From Bacillota bacterium (GTDB lineage Bacteria > Bacillota > Proteinivoracia > UBA4975): 64,000 bases of DNA. The notes under the pieces are model-generated. The model was not told where the DNA came from. It made no database searches and saw nothing but the letters and a program-made list of their open reading frames with translations. Where the stretch lies: NCBI GenBank assembly GCA_050949165.1, contig JBMNFF010000001.1:1059185-1123184 (forward strand), given 5' to 3'. The position numbers and the translations under genes were made by a program. This document shows positions 50,404 through 58,316 of the stretch, one piece after another; position 1 is the first letter of the stretch; the number at the start of each line of letters is the position of its first letter.

Positions 50404-51399
50404 TTAATTGCTGAGTTCCGCCCTAAGCTGCAAGACCTCAGATATGGGAAGCTCAGACACTTGCGCCACTTGCTCAGGAGTAAATCCCAGCCGGAGCGCA
50501 TTTCTGGCTGCTAGTCTCTTTGCCTCCAGAATCCCTTCAGCCCTGCCCTCTGCCCTGCCTTCTGCCCTGCCTTCAACCCGGTACTTCTGCCAGGTTTCCT
50601 GCAAGATTCGTTCAAAATTAGTTATCAATGATTTTCCCCCCTTCCTTCTCAAATGGATCAGGACTCGATCACGGTCGTGTTTCTCCATTCCCTTTAAGAG
50701 TACCTTACCTGTCCACCTAGAAAAACGCCGTACATCTTCTTCCGGCATCTGATCCAAGACTGCAGCAAGCTCACCGATTCCAAACAGCACCTCATCCATC
50801 CCTCTGTGTTGCTCCATATAGAAGACACTACCCATCAAATTGCCCAGGGCAAGCAGCTGGCCCTTGCCATATCTATTTACATCAACGAGGATGTATTTAA
50901 AATCTAATGCGTATTTGCTAAAGAACTGAAATCCTGCCTGACATTGGCTAAAGCTTGTCCCCGCCGTCCATTTGCCTTTCCCATTGTATAGCACGCACGG
51001 GACAATAACCGGCAGAGCGAAACTCCCTTTACAGGCAACCTCATTGAACCAATAATTGCGCCAGATTTCCACCATATACATCAATAAACGAAAGGGCATC
51101 ATTTGATCGACGGTAGATTGCAATTCCAGCAAGAGATAGAAGTATACATCTTGCTCGGCCAAACGAAGCCTGTAGATCAGATCGGCCTCTTGGTGCCGAA
51201 AGTCCTGTAGTATAAAGGATTTTGGAATAAGCATTACGTCTTTCGCCTGAATGCCCTTGACCCACTCTGCCTTAACAAAGGTCTGCAAGAATTGCAGAAA
51301 GGTCGACTTATTGGCCAGCAAATACTTGTACCCCGTATCATGCTTATTGCTGGGGACCGCATATTCCTGGTCTGGCTCCCTAACCAAGGCTAAGGACAT
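50404..51399 (-). CDS. Rpn-family (YhgA-like, PD-(D/E)XK) recombination-promoting nuclease / putative transposase
   Basis: N-terminal HDxxYKxL and nuclease core pattern, C-terminal repeat-containing domain (EGRA x3-4 then LGFTPEQVA...LP) as in E. coli Rpn proteins; start moved to MSLALV at 51399. Confidence 0.7.
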   Translation of the reverse strand: MSLALVREPDQEYAVPSNKHDTGYKYLLANKSTFLQFLQTFVKAEWVKGIQAKDVMLIPKSFILQDFRHQEADLIYRLRLAEQDVYFYLLLELQSTVDQMMPFRLLMYMVEIWRNYWFNEVACKGSFALPVIVPCVLYNGKGKWTAGTSFSQCQAGFQFFSKYALDFKYILVDVNRYGKGQLLALGNLMGSVFYMEQHRGMDEVLFGIGELAAVLDQMPEEDVRRFSRWTGKVLLKGMEKHDRDRVLIHLRRKGGKSLITNFERILQETWQKYRVEGRAEGRAEGRAEGILEAKRLAARNALRLGFTPEQVAQVSELPISEVLQLRAELSN

Positions 51400-51524
51400 A
51401 GTAGCCGCCGCCTTAATAATAATGTTAGCACAGTTTCCAATAATATAATATAGGAACACGTGTTCCCTGTCTAGCTTATCTTTTCTCTGATGGTAGCAGA
51501 AATAGAGTCTCCAATTAAGCGGGT

Positions 51525-51773
51525 GGGGCTGTCGCAAAATGAGATATTCGTACATATTCTCCCGAAAATCTCTCCGGGTAGGGGCCGAAAGTATAAAGAA
51601 GGAGCTGTCGCAAAACTAAATCTCCGCGCATATTACCTCAAGAAAATCTCTGTGGGTGGGGGCCAAAAGATCCCCCTATAAAGGTAATCCAATGTAGGGG
51701 CGGGTTTTCCCGCCCGACTCACAAGAATGGCTAATTGGGGAATATGGCGGATTGCCAGTTTTGCGACAGCCCC
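51525..51773. mobile_element. MITE-like element bounded by inverted GGGGCTGTCGCAAAA(T/C) termini, with internal partial duplication
   Basis: left terminus 51525-51541, internal direct copy 51601-51616, inverted right terminus 51758-51773; no ORF. Confidence 0.55.
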
Positions 51774-51779
51774 TTGCTT

Positions 51780-53702
51780 TTACGCCAAGGCCTTTTCTAT
51801 TTCCGCCATGGCCCTTTCCTCCAGGTCGCAGCATTGCCGGACCAAGGCGAGGACCGCCGGAGCCTTGCCAGGGTCAAAGGCCTGGCCCCCGGGCCCGGTA
51901 AAGGGGACCAAGCGGGTTATCTCCTGGTAATTCGCTGCCACCTGGCGGTAGAGGTCAATTGTACCCTCCAGGCCCTTTAGTTCACCGGACCGGGCGGCAA
52001 CATACTCCAGGTATTTGGCGATGCAGGCCTTGGAGTCAGCATAGACGTTGAGATTATAGGCCAGGCCGAAGGGGTCGTAATCTCCCCGTTCCAAAGTGCT
52101 TATGAGATTGGCATAGGCCTTTCTGCCGCAGGCATACCCGGGAGTCGAGTGCTGCTCTTTATTCCACTCCCTCAAGCCGTATTCCAGGGAATCCCGATAG
52201 ATCTTCTCCGGGTCGACCTCCACCCTGCCCTTGAGAATCTGCACAAACAGGTATGGAACCTCGGATATGCCCAGGTTGCCATAGCTCAAGGGATCCGGAT
52301 CTGAGTTGAGGCAATCTTGAACAAACAAAACTTCATCGCCGTCATCATAACCGTCAATCAGGCCAAATTCCAGGAGACCTGTCGGCGCCCAGGTGATCGC
52401 CGGCACCCCCCTGGCTATGGATGCTTTGATCTTTGCCAGGGCATCCTCCTGAATCATATGGAAAGTGTTGAGCCTGGGGTCCCTGAAGACCAGGACTATT
52501 TCGCTGTGCACGCCAATCCTGTCCAGCATGGTGAAATGCTCCATCCCCCAGTCGTACACCGTCACCGAGCTGGGGCAGGCCGTTTCGTGCACGATGAAGT
52601 GAAAGGCCATCCCCGTCATGCCCATGAGTTTATAGATCTCGTCCTGCCACCACTCCACCTTGCGCAAAGCGCCGTCCACGCTGGCGATATATGAGTTCCA
52701 GGTCATTCCCATCTTCGCACCCAGTCGCATTGCCGCATCAGTACCTCCTTTAACAGGTTGTGGCTCCATTATAATCGACGGGGTAGGACATAAAGTGTCG
52801 CACCCCTCAGGCATATTTGCCAAAATCATCTTTTGTAGCCTGGAACAGAAGCGCTGCCGTAACCAGCGGGGTGAAAGAAGGGTAAATTGTTCTACCCCGG
52901 CTATAATTGCCGCCAGAAATTTGCTGGAATTTGTGAATTCCACTCTGTAGACCTGAGGCTCTCCAGAGGGAGATACCCGCAGCCCCGCCTTTCTCAACTG
53001 ATTCTCCCCCTGGGTTTTTACAAGGGCCACATAAGGCCTGCGGTAGTTAAAGTCATCTTTATATTCCTCCGGATCAAACCAGGGAACGATGGTAAACTCC
53101 TCGTCCCGAACCAGGGCGCCTCTTATCCGCTCCAGTTTAAAGATGCGGACCTCCCCGCGGAGTTCACAATACCCGACCACATAATTGCCATCCCCCTGAC
53201 AGAAGAATTTATAGGGGCAGATGATCCTGCGGGATTTTACCCCCGCGGCGCTGACATACTCTATCTCAACTTTATGCCTCGATTGCATGGCTTTGCTGAG
53301 GAGCTTATATGCCCTGACCTCCCGGGGACCGGGATTGATAATTGGTAAATTCCTCTCGCCTTCGCAGTTTCCTTCCCCGCCCAAGCGGGCAAAGAGTTGG
53401 GCCAACTGCCGGGCCTGTCCACCTTCCCTGTTTCGGTAGTGGAAGGCCAGGTAATCCAGGGTGGCCTTTTCTTCTGCCGAAATAAAATTGGCCGGCAGGA
53501 TAAAAGCTCCCCCTCGGTAAAAATACCCGTTGTTCCTGGGACAATATGCAACGGGCGCCCCCAGGGAGTAGCGCAAGTACTCAATATCCCGGGAAGCCTG
53601 GCGGGTAGAAATCTCAAATTCCTCGGCAATAATTCGGCAATTGGGATACCTGCCATGGCGAATCTGCTGGTCAATCCAGAGTATCCTGTGTAAGCTGCTC
53701 AT
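51780..53702 (-). CDS. HTH-WYL domain regulator fused to about 340-aa uncharacterised C-terminal domain
   Basis: N-terminal HTH (NCRIIAEEFEISTRQASRDIEYL), WYL-type beta domain (RRIICPYKFFCQGDGNYVVGYCELRGEVRIFKLERI), continuous 640-aa ORF; ATG with GGGGGTGA RBS. Confidence 0.65.
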   Translation of the reverse strand: MSSLHRILWIDQQIRHGRYPNCRIIAEEFEISTRQASRDIEYLRYSLGAPVAYCPRNNGYFYRGGAFILPANFISAEEKATLDYLAFHYRNREGGQARQLAQLFARLGGEGNCEGERNLPIINPGPREVRAYKLLSKAMQSRHKVEIEYVSAAGVKSRRIICPYKFFCQGDGNYVVGYCELRGEVRIFKLERIRGALVRDEEFTIVPWFDPEEYKDDFNYRRPYVALVKTQGENQLRKAGLRVSPSGEPQVYRVEFTNSSKFLAAIIAGVEQFTLLSPRWLRQRFCSRLQKMILANMPEGCDTLCPTPSIIMEPQPVKGGTDAAMRLGAKMGMTWNSYIASVDGALRKVEWWQDEIYKLMGMTGMAFHFIVHETACPSSVTVYDWGMEHFTMLDRIGVHSEIVLVFRDPRLNTFHMIQEDALAKIKASIARGVPAITWAPTGLLEFGLIDGYDDGDEVLFVQDCLNSDPDPLSYGNLGISEVPYLFVQILKGRVEVDPEKIYRDSLEYGLREWNKEQHSTPGYACGRKAYANLISTLERGDYDPFGLAYNLNVYADSKACIAKYLEYVAARSGELKGLEGTIDLYRQVAANYQEITRLVPFTGPGGQAFDPGKAPAVLALVRQCCDLEERAMAEIEKALA

Positions 53703-53941
53703 GTTTCACCCCCAGGGAAATGATAGACGTCCCTGCACTGTTCTCAGCCTTCTCCTGCCCGGACAAAGGGCCGGCTGCCAAAGAACAGTTCTGCGCGGGC
53801 GCATCCCAACCTCGGCTCCCCGACCGCTTTTTCCCAGTATAGCATCTGAAAAAATAAATTTCTAATTTGATTTTTATCATGTTTTCCCTTTTCTGGCTCC
53901 TCCATAATGAAGACAGAACAAAGGTGAAGGAGTGTTGAAGG

Positions 53942-54178
53942 ATGAAAAAAATTACCTTGTTAGGAGTTGAAGGGTGCCCCACCTGCGCCCGCCTGGATGC
54001 AAAGGTTCAGGAGGCCGTGGCCGCCCTGGCCGCCCCGGTAGAGGTGGAGAAGATCGCCGATCCCGCGAAAATAATGGAAATCAATGCCGGCGGTCTGCCC
54101 GCCGTGCTCGTCGACGGGGAAGTCAAGGCCCTGCGCCGGGTCCCGGAAGTAAAGGAGCTGGTAGAATGGCTGCAGTAA
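53942..54178 (+). CDS. thioredoxin-fold small redox protein (CPTC active-site motif)
   Basis: 78 aa, GCPTC motif near N-terminus typical of glutaredoxin/thioredoxin-like proteins. Confidence 0.6.
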   Translation: MKKITLLGVEGCPTCARLDAKVQEAVAALAAPVEVEKIADPAKIMEINAGGLPAVLVDGEVKALRRVPEVKELVEWLQ

Positions 54179-54399
54179 AGGTAACCGCCCGTCTGGAACA
54201 ACTGTCCTGCCCCAGCTGCGCCGACATGATTGTCAATGTAGTCCGGAAAATCAAGGGCGTAGAGGAAGCGGAAGTACGCTACACCACCAGCAAGCTGCTG
54301 GTCACCTATGACGACGCTGTTGTAGCCTGGGATGAAATAGAAGATACCGTGACCAAGCTGGGTTACGCCGTTACCGGCAAGAGCGAGAGGAGGGATTAG
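54166..54399 (+). CDS. heavy-metal-associated (HMA) domain metallochaperone
   Basis: 77 aa from MAAVKV; CPSC metal-binding motif in ferredoxin-like fold context; AAGGAG RBS. Confidence 0.65.
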   Translation: MAAVKVTARLEQLSCPSCADMIVNVVRKIKGVEEAEVRYTTSKLLVTYDDAVVAWDEIEDTVTKLGYAVTGKSERRD

Positions 54400-54400
54400 C

Positions 54401-56287
54401 ATGGCCGTGGCCACAAACCGCATGCCCAAGCCCACCGGCCTTTGGCTGAGGAAAAATGAAAAGTTCCTGATACTGCTGGTTTCCGGCGCCCTCATCATCC
54501 TGGGCTGGCTGGCGGGATACCTCTCTCCCCAAGCCAGGGCCATCCTCATGGTGGCTGCGGCAATTGTGGCCGGCTACCGCATCGCCCAGACTGCCTGGTA
54601 CGCCCTCCGGGCCCGGGTGGTCAGCATCCAGCTCCTGGTCACCATCGCCGCCGTGGGTGGAGTCCTCATCGGCGACCAGTGGGAAGCCGCCGCCGTCACC
54701 TTCCTCTTTGCCCTGGGCAACTACCTGGAAGCCCGGACCCTGAACAAGACCCGGGATGCCATTCAGCAGCTCATGAGCATGGCCCCGGCCACAGCCGTGG
54801 TCCTCCGGGACGGCCGGGAAGTGGAGGTAGACCCCGATGAAGTTCGGAAGGGAGAGATCGTCCTGGCCCGCTCCGGGACCAAAATCCCCGTAGACGGCAT
54901 CGTCGTCAAGGGCAGCGCCTCGGTCAACCAGGCCGCCATCACCGGCGAGTCGGTGCCGGTGGAGCTCACCCCAGGCGGCCAGGTCTTCAGCAGCACCCTG
55001 GTGGAGGCTGGCTACCTGGAGATCCAAGCCCAGCGCGTGGGCGAGGACACCACCTTCGCCCGCATCCTCCACATGGTGGAAGAAGCCCAGGAGCGCAAGG
55101 CCCCCACCCAGAAGTTCATCGAGAAGTTTGCCCGCTGGTACACCCCTGCCATCATTGGCCTGGCCATTGTCACAGGCCTCGTCACCGGCAACCTGCACAT
55201 GGCTCTGACCCTCTTGGTCATCGGCTGCCCCGGCGCCCTGGTCATCTCCACCCCCATCTCCATGGTGGCCGGCATCGGCAACGCCGCCAAGAACGGCGTC
55301 CTGGTCAAGGGCGGCGAATTCCTGGAAAAGGCCGGCAAAGTCACCCTGGTGGCCTTTGACAAGACCGGCACCCTCACAGTGGGCCGACCCGAGGTCACCG
55401 CCGTCCTGGCCCTGGTGGGCAGCCAAGAAGATCTGCTCCGCCAGGTGGCGGCAGTGGAGAAGGGCTCGGAGCATCACATCGGCCGGGCCATAGTGCGCCG
55501 GGCCGAAAACCTGACCCTGCCCCAGGCCTCAGGCATCGAGGTCTTCCCCGGCGGCGGCATCTCCGGCCGGGTAGAGGCTGAAGAAATCCTGGTGGGCAAT
55601 CCCCGCCTCCTGGCCGAGAGGGGCGTCGGCCTGCCGGAACAGGTCCAGGATTGGATGGCTACCCGGGAGGAGCGGGGCGAAACGGCAGTGCCGGTGGCCG
55701 TCGACGGCCAGGTTCGCGGAGCAATTGCCATCGCCGATACCCTGCGCCCCGAGGCCAGAGAAGCAATCGCCGTCCTGCGCCGGTCCGGCAAAAAGGTGGT
55801 AATGCTGACGGGGGATAATCCCCGCACCGCCGCGACAATTGCCGCCGAACTGGGCCTGGACGACGTCAAGGCCAATCTCCTGCCCCAGGACAAGGTCAAG
55901 GCCATTCAAGACTACCGCCGCCAGGGCCACATGGTGGCCATGGTGGGAGACGGCATCAATGACACCCCCGCCCTGGCCGAGGCAGACCTGGGCGTAGCCA
56001 TGGGAGCTGCCGGCACCGATGCCGCCATCGAGACCGCCGACCTCACCCTGATGAGCGATAACCTCAACCGGCTGGTCCGGGCCCTGCACCTGGGCAAAGC
56101 CACCCTGAGCAATATCCGCCAGAACGTCGCCTTCGCCGTGGCAGTGGTCCTCCTCCTGGTCCTGGGCGTCCTGGGCCAGAAGGTCTTCTTGGCCACAGGT
56201 ATGCTGGCCCACGAAGCCAGCGTCATGCTGGTCATCCTCAACGCCATGCGGCTGCGAGTGTGGAAGCCCAAAAAGAACCCGCGTTAA
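54401..56287 (+). CDS. heavy-metal translocating P1B-type ATPase
   Basis: DKTGTLT phosphorylation motif, GDGINDTPAL, TGES actuator motif; TM6 motif reads CPG rather than CPC; no N-terminal HMA domain. Confidence 0.9.
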   Translation: MAVATNRMPKPTGLWLRKNEKFLILLVSGALIILGWLAGYLSPQARAILMVAAAIVAGYRIAQTAWYALRARVVSIQLLVTIAAVGGVLIGDQWEAAAVTFLFALGNYLEARTLNKTRDAIQQLMSMAPATAVVLRDGREVEVDPDEVRKGEIVLARSGTKIPVDGIVVKGSASVNQAAITGESVPVELTPGGQVFSSTLVEAGYLEIQAQRVGEDTTFARILHMVEEAQERKAPTQKFIEKFARWYTPAIIGLAIVTGLVTGNLHMALTLLVIGCPGALVISTPISMVAGIGNAAKNGVLVKGGEFLEKAGKVTLVAFDKTGTLTVGRPEVTAVLALVGSQEDLLRQVAAVEKGSEHHIGRAIVRRAENLTLPQASGIEVFPGGGISGRVEAEEILVGNPRLLAERGVGLPEQVQDWMATREERGETAVPVAVDGQVRGAIAIADTLRPEAREAIAVLRRSGKKVVMLTGDNPRTAATIAAELGLDDVKANLLPQDKVKAIQDYRRQGHMVAMVGDGINDTPALAEADLGVAMGAAGTDAAIETADLTLMSDNLNRLVRALHLGKATLSNIRQNVAFAVAVVLLLVLGVLGQKVFLATGMLAHEASVMLVILNAMRLRVWKPKKNPR

Positions 56288-56307
56288 GAGCCGCGGGTTC
56301 TTTGCTT
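56273..56307 (+). terminator. intrinsic terminator after P1B-ATPase
   Basis: aagaacccgcg-ttaagagc-cgcgggttctt hairpin followed by TTTGCTT. Confidence 0.7.
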
Positions 56308-56582
56308 ATGGGATAACCCGCTTCCTTCTACATGCTAAGAATAATGACGCCCTGCATGGTGAAAATAGCCTGACGGGTTGACATCCCACCAGCGACGGCA
56401 TGCCAACGGGTAGAGAATGACTATACTCATTCCCGGACCGAACTGCCACCCGCGCCGCTGCGTCACATTTATTGAGCAGAAGCCAGCTGACCTGTTACCC
56501 GTTTGCCAAGCCGATGCATTACCTTGGTAAACCTCTATATAAATATATTAAAATAACTTATTAAAGAAATTAAGGTAAGGGC

Positions 56583-56611
56583 TTGCAAAATAAAATTGAA
56601 CCCTGTATAAT
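56583..56611 (+). promoter_or_regulatory. sigma-70-type promoter TTGCAA-N17-TATAAT with AT-rich upstream tract
   Basis: -35 at 56583-56588, -10 at 56606-56611, AT-rich UP-like region 56530-56580. Confidence 0.6.
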
Positions 56612-56664
56612 TATGGCGGAAGGTAGCGGACATACCAGCGAGACGAAATAAGGAGGTGAATTCC

Positions 56665-56766
56665 ATGAAAGAAACCTTCCCCTATCGCCCCACCGGCCTC
56701 TCCACCGGCAAGGGCAAACCCCCAACCCGTCCCCCCTTTCCCATCCAACTGCTTCCACCCCGGTAA
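56665..56766 (+). CDS. small peptide, 33 aa (MKETFPYRPTGLSTGKGKPPTRPPFPIQLLPPR)
   Basis: ATG 7 nt after AAGGAGGTG; paralogous to next ORF; below ORF-track size cutoff. Confidence 0.5.
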   Translation: MKETFPYRPTGLSTGKGKPPTRPPFPIQLLPPR

Positions 56767-56793
56767 ACCAAAGCCATAAAAGGAGGTAAAACC

Positions 56794-56886
56794 ATGAACA
56801 GAACTTTCCCCTATCTGTCCACCGGCCTTTCCAGCAAGAGGAATCCGGCGCCGCGGCCAGTTAATCTGCCCCCGCGTCACTGCTAA
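56794..56886 (+). CDS. small peptide, 30 aa (MNRTFPYLSTGLSSKRNPAPRPVNLPPRHC)
   Basis: ATG 8 nt after AAAGGAGG; shares TFPY-xx-TGLS and LPPR with preceding ORF. Confidence 0.5.
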   Translation: MNRTFPYLSTGLSSKRNPAPRPVNLPPRHC

Positions 56887-56909
56887 AAACCCACTGGGAG
56901 GTGAATTCA

Positions 56910-56972
56910 ATGAAAAGAAAAGTTGCCGTCCGCATCCGCCACGACGTCGCCTTGCCGGGAAAGATGCGCTGA
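56910..56972 (+). CDS. small basic ORF, 20 aa (MKRKVAVRIRHDVALPGKMR)
   Basis: ATG 6 nt after GGGAGGTG; unrelated in sequence to the two preceding peptides. Confidence 0.3.
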   Translation: MKRKVAVRIRHDVALPGKMR

Positions 56973-57147
56973 TGAAAACACGCGGAAACATGGTTATCGG
57001 CACCGCAAGACACCGCAATACAGGATAAACGGGCTGTTCCCCGGTAAGGGAAGAGCCCGTTTGCGTTATATAAAAAGCGTGGCCTTGTCCCCCCGAGGCG
57101 ATAACAGATATAATTAACACAAGCGATTTTAAGAAGGAGGAAGAAAA

Positions 57148-57873
57148 ATGAAGAATACCGGTCTCGAGTTCCTGGAGCTGACCAAATACCCTCACCTCAG
57201 CGAGTCGGATCAGGAAAAGGACCTGCCCTGCCCCCAGTTGGAGACCCCGGAGAGCGGTGAACAGATAGACCTGCCTGGCCCCGAGAGCATCAGCCTCGCC
57301 GAAATCAGCATTCAGACGGCCATCAACAACCGGCGCAGCCTGCGCAAATTCAGCACCACTCCGCTGAGCATGGAAGAGCTGTCCTGGCTGCTCTGGGCCA
57401 CCCAGGGGGTCAAGGAAAAGCTGTCCCATGCCACCTTGCGCACCGTCCCCTCGGCGGGAGCCCGCCACCCCTTTGATACATACCTGGCAGTGGCCAATGT
57501 CTCCGGCTTGAAGCCCGGCCTCTACCGCTACCTGGCCCTGACCCACAAACTGGTCCTGATCAGGGAAGACAGTCAAATCGGGGAGAAAGTGGCAACTGCC
57601 TGCATCAAGCAGAAGTGGATTGCCAAGGCGGCGGCGACCTTTTTCTGGGCAGCCGTTCCCTACCGCACCACCTGGCGTTACAGCGAGCGGGGCTGGCGCT
57701 ACATCTTCCTGGATGCCGGCCACATCTGCCAGAACCTCTACCTGGCCTGCGAGGCCGTCGCCGCCGGCTGTTGTGCCGTCGACGCCTTCGACGACGACGC
57801 CCTCAACCAACTGCTGGGCCTGGACGGCAAAGAGCGGTTTGTTCTCTATGCCGCGCCTGTGGGCCATAAATAA
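57148..57873 (+). CDS. SagB-type dehydrogenase (nitroreductase-fold FMN enzyme)
   Basis: RRSLRKF, LLWATQG, PSAGARHP, GLYRY, RYSERGWRYIFLDAGHICQNLYLA, LGLDG motifs; ATG with AAGGAGG RBS. Confidence 0.7.
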   Translation: MKNTGLEFLELTKYPHLSESDQEKDLPCPQLETPESGEQIDLPGPESISLAEISIQTAINNRRSLRKFSTTPLSMEELSWLLWATQGVKEKLSHATLRTVPSAGARHPFDTYLAVANVSGLKPGLYRYLALTHKLVLIREDSQIGEKVATACIKQKWIAKAAATFFWAAVPYRTTWRYSERGWRYIFLDAGHICQNLYLACEAVAAGCCAVDAFDDDALNQLLGLDGKERFVLYAAPVGHK

Positions 57874-57876
57874 AAC

Positions 57877-57908
57877 GCAAAAACCTGCGGGTGACCGCAG
57901 GTTTTTGC
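57877..57908. terminator. bidirectional intrinsic terminator
   Basis: gcaaaaacctgcgg-gtga-ccgcaggtttttgc, 14-bp perfect stem flanked by A-run and T-run. Confidence 0.8.
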
Positions 57909-58316
57909 GTGGGTGTTATTTGCGCTTATTTTCCGGATTATGAGTCCGGACCGGGGAAGCTGCCCGCTACAGGGCCCGGTCTGACGATCTCAGTGCATGG
58001 CGCCATTAGAGGCTGTCCGGACTTGATTCCTGTCACCCGAAACCAATCCCGACCCAAGCACCTGGGCTCCCGATCTGCTACGCCACAGCCGCGCATAAGC
58101 TGGCGACACAGCAATACCGGGTAACCCGTCCTCATCACCCCTGCTTCCAAAATAGTTTCATTTACTATGATGCCCTAAAATGGAAAAGAGTTCAACCCCC
58201 GGCAGGATTTTTTTTCTGCTCCCCGTACAATATTATACGCGGAAAACCCATAGTTTTCAGGGGTTGAAGGCCAAATATTTTATTTTTTTCTAAAGCATGA
58301 AGAGTTTAAATGGATA

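Noticed and set aside
51400-51555. Longer N-terminus for the Rpn gene as given by the ORF track
   Set aside because: The extension reads through a MITE-like terminus and lacks an RBS; the ATG at 51399 matches the homologous N-terminus of Rpn proteins
51525-51680. Possible short CRISPR-like array from two direct copies of GG(G/A)GCTGTCGCAAAA
   Set aside because: The intervening segments are about 75 percent similar to each other, the repeat motif recurs inverted, which fits TIR/MITE structure, and only two direct copies exist
51780-53702. The 640-aa WYL ORF being two adjacent genes
   Set aside because: No stop codon or frame change between the WYL module and the C-terminal domain; kept as one ORF pending read-level verification
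57938-58150. 70-aa Cys/Arg-rich ORF as a real gene
   Set aside because: TTG start without RBS and composition typical of GC-rich noise; region kept only as candidate non-coding transcript
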